Assembly (NCBI GenBank): GCA_963796685.1
Contig: CAWCMR010000025.1
Location: 352,001 to 416,000, forward strand
DNA from: an uncultured delta proteobacterium
GTDB taxonomy: Bacteria > Myxococcota_A > Polyangia > Fen-1088
DNA: 64,000 nt
Direction: 5' to 3'
The stretch's first letter is position 1. Every line of letters starts with the position of its first letter. A program made the translations under genes and the position numbers. Below, piece after piece: positions 1 to 9,696 of this stretch. The notes below the pieces were generated by a model that was not told the origin of the DNA, ran no database searches, and worked only from the letters and a program-made list of their open reading frames with translations.

Positions 1-705
1 CCTTCTTGCGAGCGGCGGCGCCCGTGAAGGCCCCGCGTTCGTGCCCGAACAGCTCGGACTCGATGAGCTCGGGGGGATCGCCGCGCAGTTCACCTTGATG
101 AAAGGTCGATCGCGCAAACCGCTTTCGCGGTGGACGGCGCGCGCGATCAGCTCCTTACCCGTGCCCGACTCGCCGGTGATGAGCACGCGCGTGCGGGTGG
201 GCGCCACCTTGGCGATCTGGGCGTAGAGGGCGGTCATGGCCGGACTCTGGCCGACCATCTCGAATCGGCCCTGGGCTAGCTCGCGTAAGCCGGCCACCTC
301 GCGCACCATGGCCCGGCGTTCGAGGCCGTTGCGCAGGGTCACCATCAGGCGCTCGCGATCGAGCGGCTTTTCCAGAAAATCGTAGGCCCCGGCCTTGGTC
401 GCGCGGACCGCGTCGGCCAGGGTGCCGTGTCCCGAGATCATGATAACGACCGGTTCGGGCTGGGACTTGGCACTTTCGTCGTCCTGCGCACGCGCCTTGC
501 GCATGGACTCCAGCACGTCATGCCCGGAGATCCCGGGCAGCTGAACGTCGAGCAAGACCATGTCGGGCGCAGTGTCCGGTAGACGAGCCAGGGCTTCCTC
601 CCCACTCGATGCCTCCTCGACGGAATAGCCTTCGCCCTCGAGCACCATGCGCACGGTCCGGCGGATGTTTTTTTCGTCGTCGACAATCAGAATGGTTGTG
701 CTCAT
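1..705 (-). CDS. Sigma-54-dependent response regulator (NtrC/NtrX family), 3' part outside window
   Basis: Manual translation from ATG at 705: [16 protein letters not shown] (receiver domain), [18 protein letters not shown] (Walker A), [13 protein letters not shown] (GAFTGA motif). The frame is open to the window edge. Confidence 0.93.
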   Translation of the reverse strand, partial: MSTTILIVDDEKNIRRTVRMVLEGEGYSVEEASSGEEALARLPDTAPDMVLLDVQLPGISGHDVLESMRKARAQDDESAKSQPEPVVIMISGHGTLADAVRATKAGAYDFLEKPLDRERLMVTLRNGLERRAMVREVAGLRELAQGRFEMVGQSPAMTALYAQIAKVAPTRTRVLITGESGTGKELIARAVHRESGLRDRPFIKVNCAAIPPSSSSPSCSGTNAGPSRAPPLARR

Positions 706-777
706 GCGCGTCCCCTGGAGAAATGTACCGCGTTCACGGCGACCACGGCTAGATTGAAACCCGAGCAATTTCCGGAC

Positions 778-906
778 TCTAACCACAGAGAGCACAGCGA
801 GCACAGAGACGGACGAGAAAGGAAGGGTTCGGATCGAGAATCCGGAGGACCCTTCCTTTTCCGGGCCTCTGTGTTCTCTGTGTTCTCTGTGTTCTCTGTG
901 TTCAGA
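778..906. repeat. Palindromic (REP/MITE-like) element with 9-bp subrepeats, copy 1
   Basis: The left arm ACCACAGAGAGCACAGCGAGCACAGAG pairs with the right arm (CTCTGTGTT)x4. Inner stem GGAAGGGT/ACCCTTCC; central hairpin CGGAT-CGAGA-ATCCG. Related to 16449-16563. Confidence 0.8.
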
Positions 907-911
907 AATCA

Positions 912-1778
912 TCAAAACAGCCCGCGCAAGGCGCCCAGCGACGAGACGGCCGAGCGGACCAGGGGCTCGAGCCCGGTTTCTGGCAGGGGCTGGTCGGGCA
1001 GGAACACGCGGTAGTCCACCACGCGGATGGGCGGCGTGCCCTCGCGCGCGGCGCGGGCGTTCTCGCTGTCCACGAAGTCCAGAATCCGGCGCAAGGCGCG
1101 CACGGCGGCCACGTTCTTGTCGTGCAGAAGCAGGATCACCGGCCCGCGCGCACGCCGAAGCCCCGTGGTCGTGTAGCTCACGATGGCGTCCTCGTCCTCG
1201 CCCCGCCACTCCTGAGGATCCATGTTCCAGCCAACCTGGATGAGGTCGCGGTCGGCCAACGCGCGATCGAGAGCGCGGCAGCGGGCACCGTAGGGCGACC
1301 GGAAGAGCAGAGGCCGAACCGAGGTAGCATCGGCGATGATCTCGGAGGCACCGTCTATCTCCTTGGCCATCGCCTCGCGCTCGAGGCAGAGGTTCTTGTG
1401 GTTCATGGTGTGGTTGCCCACCAGATGCCCGTGCGTGGCCAGCTTGCGCAGAAGATCGCGCCTGGCCAGATCCTCGGGACGGTCGCGCACGAGGTGGTGT
1501 CCGTTGACGAAGAACACCGCTTTGACCCCGCGCCGGGTCAGCTCGTCGAGGATCAGCGAAGTGCCTACCAAGTCCGGACCGTCGTCGAAGGTGAGCAGCA
1601 AGCTCCGCCCGAACGCGGCGACCAACCTACCCGAGACGGTGCCCGCATCTCCTGGAAGCGGCCGGAGGAAGCGAGGAAAACGCGCAACCGCCAGCGGCTC
1701 GCCACGGGCCGGTAGCGCGCGGCTCAAAACCAGGACCGCCGTGGCGAACGCAAGAAACCACCTTGCCATGCGGCCCAT
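912..1778 (-). CDS. Polysaccharide deacetylase (NodB/CE4 family), signal peptide
   Basis: LTFDDGP, GNHTMNH, FRSPYG and LLHD motifs; hydrophobic N-terminus. Start uncertain (1778 or 1769). Confidence 0.9.
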   Translation of the reverse strand: MGRMARWFLAFATAVLVLSRALPARGEPLAVARFPRFLRPLPGDAGTVSGRLVAAFGRSLLLTFDDGPDLVGTSLILDELTRRGVKAVFFVNGHHLVRDRPEDLARRDLLRKLATHGHLVGNHTMNHKNLCLEREAMAKEIDGASEIIADATSVRPLLFRSPYGARCRALDRALADRDLIQVGWNMDPQEWRGEDEDAIVSYTTTGLRRARGPVILLLHDKNVAAVRALRRILDFVDSENARAAREGTPPIRVVDYRVFLPDQPLPETGLEPLVRSAVSSLGALRGLF

Positions 1779-1828
1779 CGTACCATCCCCGCAGACGCGG
1801 GGCGAAGCGAGCCCTTTGGGAGCTCCCG

Positions 1829-2290
1829 TCAAAACGGAATATCGTCATCGCCCGGGGGCGGGCCCGAGGGCGCGTCGGCGGCGGCGGGGGTCTGCGATTC
1901 CTCGCCCCAGCCCCGCTTCTTGCTGCCACCGCCGCCACCTGCCCCCTCGGCGCCAGGCCCTTGGCCGCCCAGGAAGACGACCCAATCGGCCACGACCTCG
2001 GTGGTGTAGCGTTTCTTGCCTTCCTTGTCGTCCCACGAGCGCGTCTGGATACGACCTTCCACGTAGACCATGCGGCCCTTGGACAGGTACTTCGAGCAGT
2101 GCTCGGCCTGCTCGCCCCACACGTTCACCCGGTGCCATTCGGTGCGCTCCTGCTTCTGTCCGCCCTTGTCCTTCCAGACCTCGTTGGTGGCAACGCTCAG
2201 GTTGCACACCGGCCGGTTGCTGGGGGTGTACTTGAGCTCGGGATCGGCCCCGAGGTTTCCAACCAGAATGACTTTGTTGACGCTGCCCAT
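1829..2290 (-). CDS. ssb: Single-stranded DNA-binding protein
   Basis: [35 protein letters not shown] and the acidic tail DDDIPF. Confidence 0.98.
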   Translation of the reverse strand: MGSVNKVILVGNLGADPELKYTPSNRPVCNLSVATNEVWKDKGGQKQERTEWHRVNVWGEQAEHCSKYLSKGRMVYVEGRIQTRSWDDKEGKKRYTTEVVADWVVFLGGQGPGAEGAGGGGGSKKRGWGEESQTPAAADAPSGPPPGDDDIPF

Positions 2291-2412
2291 GGTGACTTGG
2301 CCTCCTTGCCGTGCGTGAGTTGCTTTTGCCACCTTCCCGCCGGGTTATCAATCCCGGCCTTGGGTGGCACGGACCCTATCGGTCTCCGGCGAAGAAAGGT
2401 TGCGCGCGCGGG

Positions 2413-5400
2413 CTATCGTCGAACCATTCCCCGTTCGAACAGGCCGCCGAGCTCGGAGAATGAATGCGCCACGGGCGGCGTCGCCGCTTCGGCCAGCACC
2501 ATGGCCAAGCCCAGGCGCGCCCGCAGCTCCAAGTAGTCCGAGGAAATGCCCCAACGGGCAAGGTTCAGGATGGTGCGCTCGGGACGCGCGTGGCGCGCCC
2601 GTGCCTCGCGGACGATCTCGCGCGCCGCCGCGACCACATCGCCACACGCCAGCACGCCGGCGCGGTTCGCGATTTCGTCGGCCTCGGCCGACCAGGCGGC
2701 GAGATCCAACTTCGCCGTCCCTGAAAGCAAGGGGGTGGCGGCGCCAACGATCAATTCGACCTGCGCCGGGGGAAGGACCTTGTGCAAGAACGCGGTGTAC
2801 TTGCGTACCGCCCCATGATCGGCCTCCGGCAGCTCGAACTTGGGCTGCACCAGCTTGATGGCCGCCGCCAGGATGGCTTGCAGCTCGCTCAGGTTGGGCA
2901 CGATCTGCGGCCACAGCAGGAAGTGATCGGCGCGCAAGCCCACCAGCTTCTTGGTGAGGAGAAACGCCAACTCTTGATGGCTGCGCCCAACCACCAGGTC
3001 GCGCCCGAGAACCAGCGCGGGCACGGGCGTACCGTCCTCGAGAAGCACCACCAGGTCGATCTCGCCCGGCGCGCCCGGCGGCACGTAGATCGCGGGCAGG
3101 GGCACGCCGATGAGCCGACTGATGTAGACGAGCAGGCTCGACACGAACGATGGATCGCCCTCCAGCCTGGCACGGTACTTGGTGTCGATGCCGTAGGCCG
3201 AGGCGTCCTTGGCCCGCGCCATGATCACGCCGGGCGCGACCGCGGCCAACACCTGCGAGATCATGTGATTGTCGCGCGAGGAGCACAGGTGCCCCTGCCA
3301 CTGCTTTTCCGTCAAGACCGACTTGGCCAGGGGAACGCCCCTCGGGGCGTTGCTCTCGTAGAAGGCGCGCTCGCGGGGATCGGCCTTGGTCAAGGCGCAA
3401 AGTGCGGCGCTGGCGCAGAACAGTTGGTCGTACTGCCGGTACTTGCCGTACAGCCTGGCCAGCGCCCGGATCTGCTTGGCCGCCGCATCCGGACCAGCCG
3501 CTGCTGCGAGCAGGTGCTCGCGCGCGGCCACGGCCTTGCCGAACCCGTCCCGGCCCTGGGCCTCGTAGGCATCTGCCAAGGCCTCGCGCGCATGGACATC
3601 CTCGGGAGCGAGCGAGACGCAAACCTCGTAGGCCGCCGTGGCCGCGGGCAGATCGCCCAGGTAGCGCTGGCAGGTATCGGCCAGCGCGCGCCACAGGGTC
3701 AGCAGCAAGGGCCGTTTGTCCGGCGACGGGCTCGCTCCCAACCGCTTGATCATTCGGCGATAGGCACGGGTCAGCTCGCGCCATTCCTCGCGCTGGACGA
3801 GGATGTGCTCGATGCGTTCGAAGATGCGCCGGTCGCCAGGATCTTCATCCAAGGCGCGGTCGTAGAGCGCGACCGCTTCGAGGGGGGAATCGAGCTCGCC
3901 GTTGAGAATGCTGGCCAGGGCGCCGAGGTAACAGACCTTGTCCCGCCCCGAGGTGATGGACACCAGACTTTCGAGCACATCCACGGCGCGCGACCAATGG
4001 CGATTGGCGGAATGGATTTCCACCAGCTCGTGCAGCACGCCCACGTCGTTCGGCCGCAGCTGCGCCGCCTGCAGATAGGTGCCGAGCGCGGCGGCTTGGT
4101 CGTTCAGCTCCTCGCGCTGCAGGCGGCCGATCTTGCAAATGATGTCGAAGCGCTCGTCGGGCGAGAGCTGGCCGTGCAGGAGCACGCGGTATTGTTCGAC
4201 CAAGGCCGTGGCGTTCGCGCTGCCCCGCCCCTCCATCTGGGCCGTGGCCTTGGCCAGCGATTGCCGCACGCCCGGCAGATCGGGTGCCAAGCGCAGCGCC
4301 TCCATGAAAGCCGCCGTGCCCGCCTCGAGATCGCGCAAGGCCACCTGCGCCTGGCCCATCTGCATGAGGTGTCCAGCGCGCTCTTCGCCGGTCATCTGAT
4401 CGCCCGTCAGGGACAACAGACGGGGCACGGTGGTGAGGATGTCCTGCCACCAACCCCAGTCGCCGGCCAGCCGCGACCAGTCCTTGAGCGTGGGCAGGTG
4501 CGTGGGCATGGCCGCGTAGGCCTTGCGATAGTTGGCGCGTGCGCGCTCCATGTCGCCCGACATCTGCGCCGACCACGCGGCCTTGTGCCAAAGCTGCGCG
4601 GTCTCTTCCATGGCGTGCTTGGCCGAGCCGGCCATGCCTTCGAGCAAGGGGACCGCCGCGGACCAGTCGTTGCGTTCCCAAGCGGCCTCGGCCAGCGCTG
4701 CCAACGCCTTGGGATGGTTGGGCGACAGCGCGAGCACGCGCATGTACTGCACCACCGCCGCCTCGGAGTCGTGCAGTTGGTCGCGGTAGATTTCCGCCGC
4801 GTCGAGAGCGAACTCGACGCTGTCGAACGGGTCGATCGCGTTTCCGGCCGCACAGGTCAAGTAGGCCGCGGCACGGTGCCAATCGCCGCGTTGGCCGTGC
4901 AACAGCACGAGCGAGCGCAGAGCCGTGAAGTTGGCGGGATTGGCCGACATGGCCGCTTCCAGCGACTTCTCCGCGGCCGACGGATCGCCGAGATCGTGCT
5001 GGTACCAAACCGCCATGGTGACCAGCAGATCGGCCCGCTTCGCCTCCGACCCCATGTCGGACAGCAAACCGTTGCACATGCCGACAACCCCTTCCCAGCG
5101 GTTGTGGACCGTGGCCAAGCGCGCGACCTCCGAGATCACGTCGTCGTCCGAGGGGTTCTCCCGCAGTGCCGCGAGCAACGTCGTAAACGCCCGGTCGGCG
5201 TCGCCGAGGTTCGTATCGAAGATCTGCGCCGCGCGCACCAGGCAGCGCGTGCGCTCGGCCGGATCCGACGTCGATGCGGCGCGCTCGACGAACAGCTCCA
5301 CCAGGTCCGCCCAGCGCTCCTCGCTCACGTAGGCGCGCTCCAGCTCCCGGAACGGGAACGTGTCCACCGCTGGCGTCACATCCAAATCGGTGAAGGTCTT

Positions 5401-5523
5401 GGGCGGCTTCGTGAAGGAGTCGTCGACGAGATCGTCGAGATCCACTTCCTCATCGGAGAAGCTGAGGACATTCGCATCCCCCCAGCCTGTAACATCGATC
5501 TCCGAATGCCTTGGACGCATCAT
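2413..5523 (-). CDS. Large tetratricopeptide-repeat protein (myxobacterial type)
   Basis: 1036-aa ORF of helical TPR-like repeats. The C-terminal segment (ANRAGVLACGDV..A) is typical of myxobacterial TPR proteins. Confidence 0.8.
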   Translation of the reverse strand: MMRPRHSEIDVTGWGDANVLSFSDEEVDLDDLVDDSFTKPPKTFTDLDVTPAVDTFPFRELERAYVSEERWADLVELFVERAASTSDPAERTRCLVRAAQIFDTNLGDADRAFTTLLAALRENPSDDDVISEVARLATVHNRWEGVVGMCNGLLSDMGSEAKRADLLVTMAVWYQHDLGDPSAAEKSLEAAMSANPANFTALRSLVLLHGQRGDWHRAAAYLTCAAGNAIDPFDSVEFALDAAEIYRDQLHDSEAAVVQYMRVLALSPNHPKALAALAEAAWERNDWSAAVPLLEGMAGSAKHAMEETAQLWHKAAWSAQMSGDMERARANYRKAYAAMPTHLPTLKDWSRLAGDWGWWQDILTTVPRLLSLTGDQMTGEERAGHLMQMGQAQVALRDLEAGTAAFMEALRLAPDLPGVRQSLAKATAQMEGRGSANATALVEQYRVLLHGQLSPDERFDIICKIGRLQREELNDQAAALGTYLQAAQLRPNDVGVLHELVEIHSANRHWSRAVDVLESLVSITSGRDKVCYLGALASILNGELDSPLEAVALYDRALDEDPGDRRIFERIEHILVQREEWRELTRAYRRMIKRLGASPSPDKRPLLLTLWRALADTCQRYLGDLPAATAAYEVCVSLAPEDVHAREALADAYEAQGRDGFGKAVAAREHLLAAAAGPDAAAKQIRALARLYGKYRQYDQLFCASAALCALTKADPRERAFYESNAPRGVPLAKSVLTEKQWQGHLCSSRDNHMISQVLAAVAPGVIMARAKDASAYGIDTKYRARLEGDPSFVSSLLVYISRLIGVPLPAIYVPPGAPGEIDLVVLLEDGTPVPALVLGRDLVVGRSHQELAFLLTKKLVGLRADHFLLWPQIVPNLSELQAILAAAIKLVQPKFELPEADHGAVRKYTAFLHKVLPPAQVELIVGAATPLLSGTAKLDLAAWSAEADEIANRAGVLACGDVVAAAREIVREARARHARPERTILNLARWGISSDYLELRARLGLAMVLAEAATPPVAHSFSELGGLFERGMVRR

Positions 5524-5643
5524 GGCCCACCACGGCCCTCAGTCTTATTCCCCGATTGTGCACGGATCAAGGCGGATGACCACTTGCATCGACATTTCGT
5601 TACATCGCCGCATCGCGCCCGATGTGGCTCGATGCACAAAGGA

Positions 5644-6294
5644 TTAGTGGGAGCGGACGGCCAGGACCACGCTGCCGAGCACGCCGCCGAGGATGCCGAG
5701 CAGGATCACGGGTAGGACGTGACCGCGCAGGAGGTGCCAAATCCCCGCCACCGGGCACCACACATCGACCAGCACCCACGCACAGGCGCCGACGGCCACG
5801 CCAATCGCCGCACCGAGCAGCCCCGGGTGGCGAGGGTCCTCTCCCCTGCGGGTCAGGGTCAGCAGCAGAACGGGCACCGCGCCCATGGACAGGGACATGA
5901 CGAGACAGCGGTAGCCAAGGTGGGGGCTTTCGTCGAGATTGCCGAACAGCGCGCTCCACGCAATCTTCCAGCCGAGCAGGACGAATGGCGCGAGCACGGT
6001 GCTCGCAATCAGCCAGCGGCGCGATCGGCCGAGCATGGTGCCGCCGCGTCCCAGCGTGATCGATGTGGCGACGCCAGCCACGATGGCGGCGCCGATGGAG
6101 GTACCGGCGAGCAGGAGCATGGAGCGCGACAGGGGCTGCCAGCCGAAGATGGAAAAGGCAAAGGCCCAGTAGCCGGCGGCCATCGCGGCCGCGCCGCCAG
6201 CGATGAGCAGCGCCCGACGCCGACTCGCGGCTGCCCGCGAGGGCGAGGGAAGGGCCGCGGCATCGGCAAGAATGCGTTGCTTGAGGTCGTTCAT
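5644..6294 (-). CDS. Membrane anti-sigma factor, NrsF/DUF1109-like
   Basis: Several TM segments and a C-terminal WCP...HLLRGHVLP motif; overlaps the stop codon of the ECF sigma gene. Confidence 0.8.
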   Translation of the reverse strand: MNDLKQRILADAAALPSPSRAAASRRRALLIAGGAAAMAAGYWAFAFSIFGWQPLSRSMLLLAGTSIGAAIVAGVATSITLGRGGTMLGRSRRWLIASTVLAPFVLLGWKIAWSALFGNLDESPHLGYRCLVMSLSMGAVPVLLLTLTRRGEDPRHPGLLGAAIGVAVGACAWVLVDVWCPVAGIWHLLRGHVLPVILLGILGGVLGSVVLAVRSH

Positions 6295-6884
6295 CGCAGC
6301 ACGGATTCCAGCTCGTCGCCCAGTCGCTCACGAAGCGCGGCACACGCGTAGTGTTTTCTCATCTTCAACGCCGTCGGGGTCGTGTCGGTGATAGCGGCCG
6401 CGTCCTCCAGAGACAGCCCCTCCATGGTCGTAAGCTCGAAAGCTTCGCGCTGGGGCGCCGGGATCTCGCGCAAGGCCGATTCGAGACGGGCGAGGGCCCG
6501 TCGCTGCGCAAGCGCCTCCTCGGGCCCGGTGCAAGTTGGCGGCGGGTGATTCATGAGCTCGTCCTGCCGACCACGCTCGCGGCGGTCGCTGCGGATCTTG
6601 TCGATGAGCAACCTACGCGCGATGGCGAACGCGTAGGGCAAGACGGCCGCTCCCGGACAGAACCGGCCGCGATGTTGGTGGATCTTCAAGAAACAAACCT
6701 GGACCAGGTCCTCGGCGCTCGCGTCGCCACGAAGCTGGCGCCGGACGTAACCCAAGAGGCGTGGTTGCAGCAAATCAATCAAGCGAGCGAATGCCTTCGG
6801 ATCTCCATCTCGAGCGTAACAGTCCATCGCGGCATCGGCCTCTCTTCCGTCCTGCTCGAGCGAGCTCTTGTCTGTCGTTCCCAT
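6291..6884 (-). CDS. ECF RNA polymerase sigma factor
   Basis: AEDLVQ..FLKIH, YAFAIARRLLID (region 2) and a region 4 HTH. Confidence 0.92.
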   Translation of the reverse strand: MGTTDKSSLEQDGREADAAMDCYARDGDPKAFARLIDLLQPRLLGYVRRQLRGDASAEDLVQVCFLKIHQHRGRFCPGAAVLPYAFAIARRLLIDKIRSDRRERGRQDELMNHPPPTCTGPEEALAQRRALARLESALREIPAPQREAFELTTMEGLSLEDAAAITDTTPTALKMRKHYACAALRERLGDELESVLR

Positions 6885-6915
6885 TCACGCAACCCACGTC
6901 AGGCTCCCCACTGGC

Positions 6916-6941
6916 AACGTCCGCGGAGCCTCGAAGTTTCA
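6916..6941 (-). promoter_or_regulatory. Putative ECF promoter TGAAAC-N16-CGTT
   Basis: The minus strand reads TGAAAC ttcgaggctccgcgga CGTT, about 30 nt upstream of the ECF start. The same motif occurs at 8505-8530. Confidence 0.55.
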
Positions 6942-7086
6942 AGTTCTTCCAAGTTGACGACGGTCTTCCCAGGAACTTCAGGAAGGCTTCGATTCTTCCA
7001 TGTCGAGGCACCTTGCGCTCGTGCCACGGGCGCCAAGCCTCAGAAAGGCGAGCTCCTCCGAGGCTTGGCGCCCAAGCGTCGGCCAG

Positions 7087-8478
7087 TCAGCCCGAGCTGC
7101 CTCCATCGATGGCGGCGCTGGTGAAGAAGTAGTAGTCCGCCGAGTAGCTGACGCGCGTCTCGCTGCCCACTGTCGTGGCATCGCAGCCGGTTGCGGGGGC
7201 CTTTCCACCGGTGGTGTTGAGCCGCTGAACGTAGCCGACGTCCGTGAACACGCCGGCTCCGCTCGTAGACGAGGCCTTGAGCAAAAGCCACGGCACGGCG
7301 CCCGCCGAGGGCGAGTCGGCCTGCTGCAACTTCGTCCCGTTGACGACGCTGCCATCGATCGAGGTCCAGCTCGGCCCCGCGCCGTGCGTTCCCACCTGGA
7401 CGAAGGTGGCGTCGTAGAGGATGGCGTCGGGAGCTTTCAAGACCCACGCATAGGCCATGGTCCCGCCGTCCAATCCGCCGTCGGCGCCTCCGCTCGCGGT
7501 GCAGGTGTACACTTGGTCGCCGATGCCGCGGTCGTGGATCTTCACGGTGGCGCCCGCGGGCACGGCCAGCGCGGCTGGCGCGGCGGGTGGGTCGAGCCAG
7601 GCCGCGCCTGCACCGCCCGAATAGAAGTAGTAGTCGGCGCTGTAATCGACCCGCGTTTCGGCGCCGACCGTGCCCGCGTCGCAGCCGGTCGCCGGCGCGT
7701 TGCCACCCGACGTGTTTACGCGCTGAACATAACTGATGTCTCCGAAGACTCCGCTACCGCTCGTGGAGGTCGCGCGCAGGAGCAGCCAGGGAACCCCCGC
7801 CGCTGCCGGTGCGTTTGCTTGCATGACCTTGGCCCCCTTGACGACGCTTCCGTCGACCGTCGAGGTCCAGCTCGGTCCCGCGCCGTGTGTCCCGACTTGC
7901 TCGTTGCAGGCGTCGAACAACTTCGCATCCGGCGCCTTGAGCACCCACGCGTACGTCGTCGCGCCGCCATCCACGCCCGCGTCCTGACCCCCGCTTGCCG
8001 TGCAGGTGTAGACCTGCGCCCCAACCCCGTGGTCGTGGATCTTGACCGTGGCGCGGGCTGGCACAGCCAGCGCCGGGGGAACGGTGGGCGTGGCCAGCCA
8101 GTCCACGCCGCCATCGGACATTGCGCAGCCCATGGCTCCCCCGGCCGCTCCGTCGCTGGAAGTGCCGCCGGCAGACGTGCCGCCGCTCGACAGAGCCCCG
8201 CCCGTCCCCGCGCCGCCGGTTCCCCCGCCGGCCATCCCACCGCTCGCCATTCCGCCGAAACCGCCGCTCGACCCTGCGTTCCCTCCCGAGCCAATTGCAA
8301 CCCCGCCAGCCCCACCGACACCGCCATTGCCAGACATGCCTCCGGAGGCAGGCCCGTCCGCGCCCATGTCCGCGTGAGCACTGCCATCGGTGGCACCATC
8401 ATTCTGGTTGTTGTCAGTGCCGCACCCTGGCGCTGACAAGAGTGCGATAAGCAATCCGAACCCAATCTTCTTGGTCAT
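7087..8478 (-). CDS. Lipoprotein with two tandem DUF3455-like domains
   Basis: Lipobox-like APGC, a Gly-rich linker, then two copies of G.G.QVYTC...WVLKAPDA.L...H.AGPSW...PWLLL...YVQR.NT.GG.AP...Y.ADYYF. GGAGG RBS before ATG 8478. Confidence 0.85.
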   Translation of the reverse strand: MTKKIGFGLLIALLSAPGCGTDNNQNDGATDGSAHADMGADGPASGGMSGNGGVGGAGGVAIGSGGNAGSSGGFGGMASGGMAGGGTGGAGTGGALSSGGTSAGGTSSDGAAGGAMGCAMSDGGVDWLATPTVPPALAVPARATVKIHDHGVGAQVYTCTASGGQDAGVDGGATTYAWVLKAPDAKLFDACNEQVGTHGAGPSWTSTVDGSVVKGAKVMQANAPAAAGVPWLLLRATSTSGSGVFGDISYVQRVNTSGGNAPATGCDAGTVGAETRVDYSADYYFYSGGAGAAWLDPPAAPAALAVPAGATVKIHDRGIGDQVYTCTASGGADGGLDGGTMAYAWVLKAPDAILYDATFVQVGTHGAGPSWTSIDGSVVNGTKLQQADSPSAGAVPWLLLKASSTSGAGVFTDVGYVQRLNTTGGKAPATGCDATTVGSETRVSYSADYYFFTSAAIDGGSSG

Positions 8479-8504
8479 GTTGGCCTCCTGGACACGCACG
8501 GAGA

Positions 8505-8530
8505 TACGAACGCCAACCCAAAAGGTTTCG
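8505..8530 (-). promoter_or_regulatory. Putative ECF promoter CGAAAC-N16-CGTA
   Basis: The minus strand reads CGAAAC cttttgggttggcgtt CGTA, about 27 nt upstream of the DUF3455 gene start. Confidence 0.55.
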
Positions 8531-8595
8531 ACCGAAGTTGTTGACGCGGGCTTCTTCGTCTCAGCCCGCCAGGTCGTGCAAGATGCTCCCTTCGT

Positions 8596-9696
8596 CTACT
8601 GAGGCGACGCACATCCTGGGGGCTCGGTCGCTAGCTTCGAATTGGTGATCTGGCGTGAGCAGAGCGACAGGAGCCTGTCGCTCTGGGACACGGGTCGAGC
8701 TCCACCTGCGCTCAAGACCCAGATGAGCTCGGGCAGGGTTGCGCAGAAATGCGCTCGCGTGGCTGGACTGGCCGTGATCAGCCCCACGGCTTCATCAATC
8801 TGGCCAGCAACGAATCGCAACCGGGCGAGGGCGACGGCCATTTCTACGCGGTCTTCAGGTGCGACGTGCGATTCGTCGACGAGGCGCCCCATGGCAGTCA
8901 TGAGCTGTTGCGCAGGTTTGGTCCTTTGGACCACTGCCACCCGTAGCTCGGGAAGGCTACCGACATGGTCACCAAATAGATGACGGGCACCGGCGTCCGC
9001 CTTGCCGAGCTCTGCCTTGGCGAGGGCCAGGACCTGGTCGTCGTTCCACGGCCAGTCCAGACCAGCGTTGGGTTCAAGCAGGAAGATGTCCCCACCCAGA
9101 ACATAGGCCCCTCCCTGCCCAAGCTCAGAGATCGCCCGGCGGTATTCGCGACGGTTGAGGCGAACCCTGGCCTTGAGCCCTTTCGCCTCGGGGTAGTCGA
9201 TCTTGCGGAGAAGGGCAGAAGCATCTCGAACACGCCCCTCATCCAGGAGAGCGGAGGCCAGCGCCAACTGGGCCGGCAAGTACGCGGGATCCAGTGCCAG
9301 GGCCTCCTTGGCCGCGGTAGCTGTGCCCAGCAGTCGTGCCCGCAGCGTAGCGATTCGCACTGACTTGGGCACGAGTCGCTGTGCCCGGTCGACCATAACC
9401 AACGTCCGCCGTGGGTCACACCCAAGCAACTCCCGTGCACGCAGAATCTCGTACCAGGCTCCTTCACTTGTCGCGCACCGATGGAGAAGGTCCTGGTCCC
9501 TGGCCAGGACTTTGCGTGCAGGATCTCCTGGGCTGAATCGCATAGCGGCGTCTTTGCTGATTGGGAACGCCAGAGCTCTTCGAGCGACTTCGATGGTCGG
9601 ACAAGCGGCCCCTGCCTCCTGCGCCAACGCGTCGCTAACCATCCCACTGGTGGCCAGCGTGACAACCAAGAATGCCAGAGGGAGCGGCCTGCTCAT
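8596..9696 (-). CDS. Exported TPR-like protein, candidate T6SS immunity protein
   Basis: Sec-type signal (MSRPLPLAFLVVTLAT...ALAQ) and helical repeats. Its start overlaps the stop of the upstream effector candidate (ATGA). Confidence 0.6.
   Translation of the reverse strand: MSRPLPLAFLVVTLATSGMVSDALAQEAGAACPTIEVARRALAFPISKDAAMRFSPGDPARKVLARDQDLLHRCATSEGAWYEILRARELLGCDPRRTLVMVDRAQRLVPKSVRIATLRARLLGTATAAKEALALDPAYLPAQLALASALLDEGRVRDASALLRKIDYPEAKGLKARVRLNRREYRRAISELGQGGAYVLGGDIFLLEPNAGLDWPWNDDQVLALAKAELGKADAGARHLFGDHVGSLPELRVAVVQRTKPAQQLMTAMGRLVDESHVAPEDRVEMAVALARLRFVAGQIDEAVGLITASPATRAHFCATLPELIWVLSAGGARPVSQSDRLLSLCSRQITNSKLATEPPGCASPQ

Noticed and set aside
5576-5606. TGTAAC...GGTC as an ECF promoter for the TPR gene
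   Set aside because: It does not match the GAAAC-N16-CGT motif seen twice nearby and is a single weak instance.
2782-5715. 977-aa plus-strand ORF, and similar long ORFs at 11031-13580, 20363-22780, 22549-25251 and 48376-50655
   Set aside because: These are antisense shadows of well-supported genes, expected in high-GC DNA, and have no recognisable motifs.
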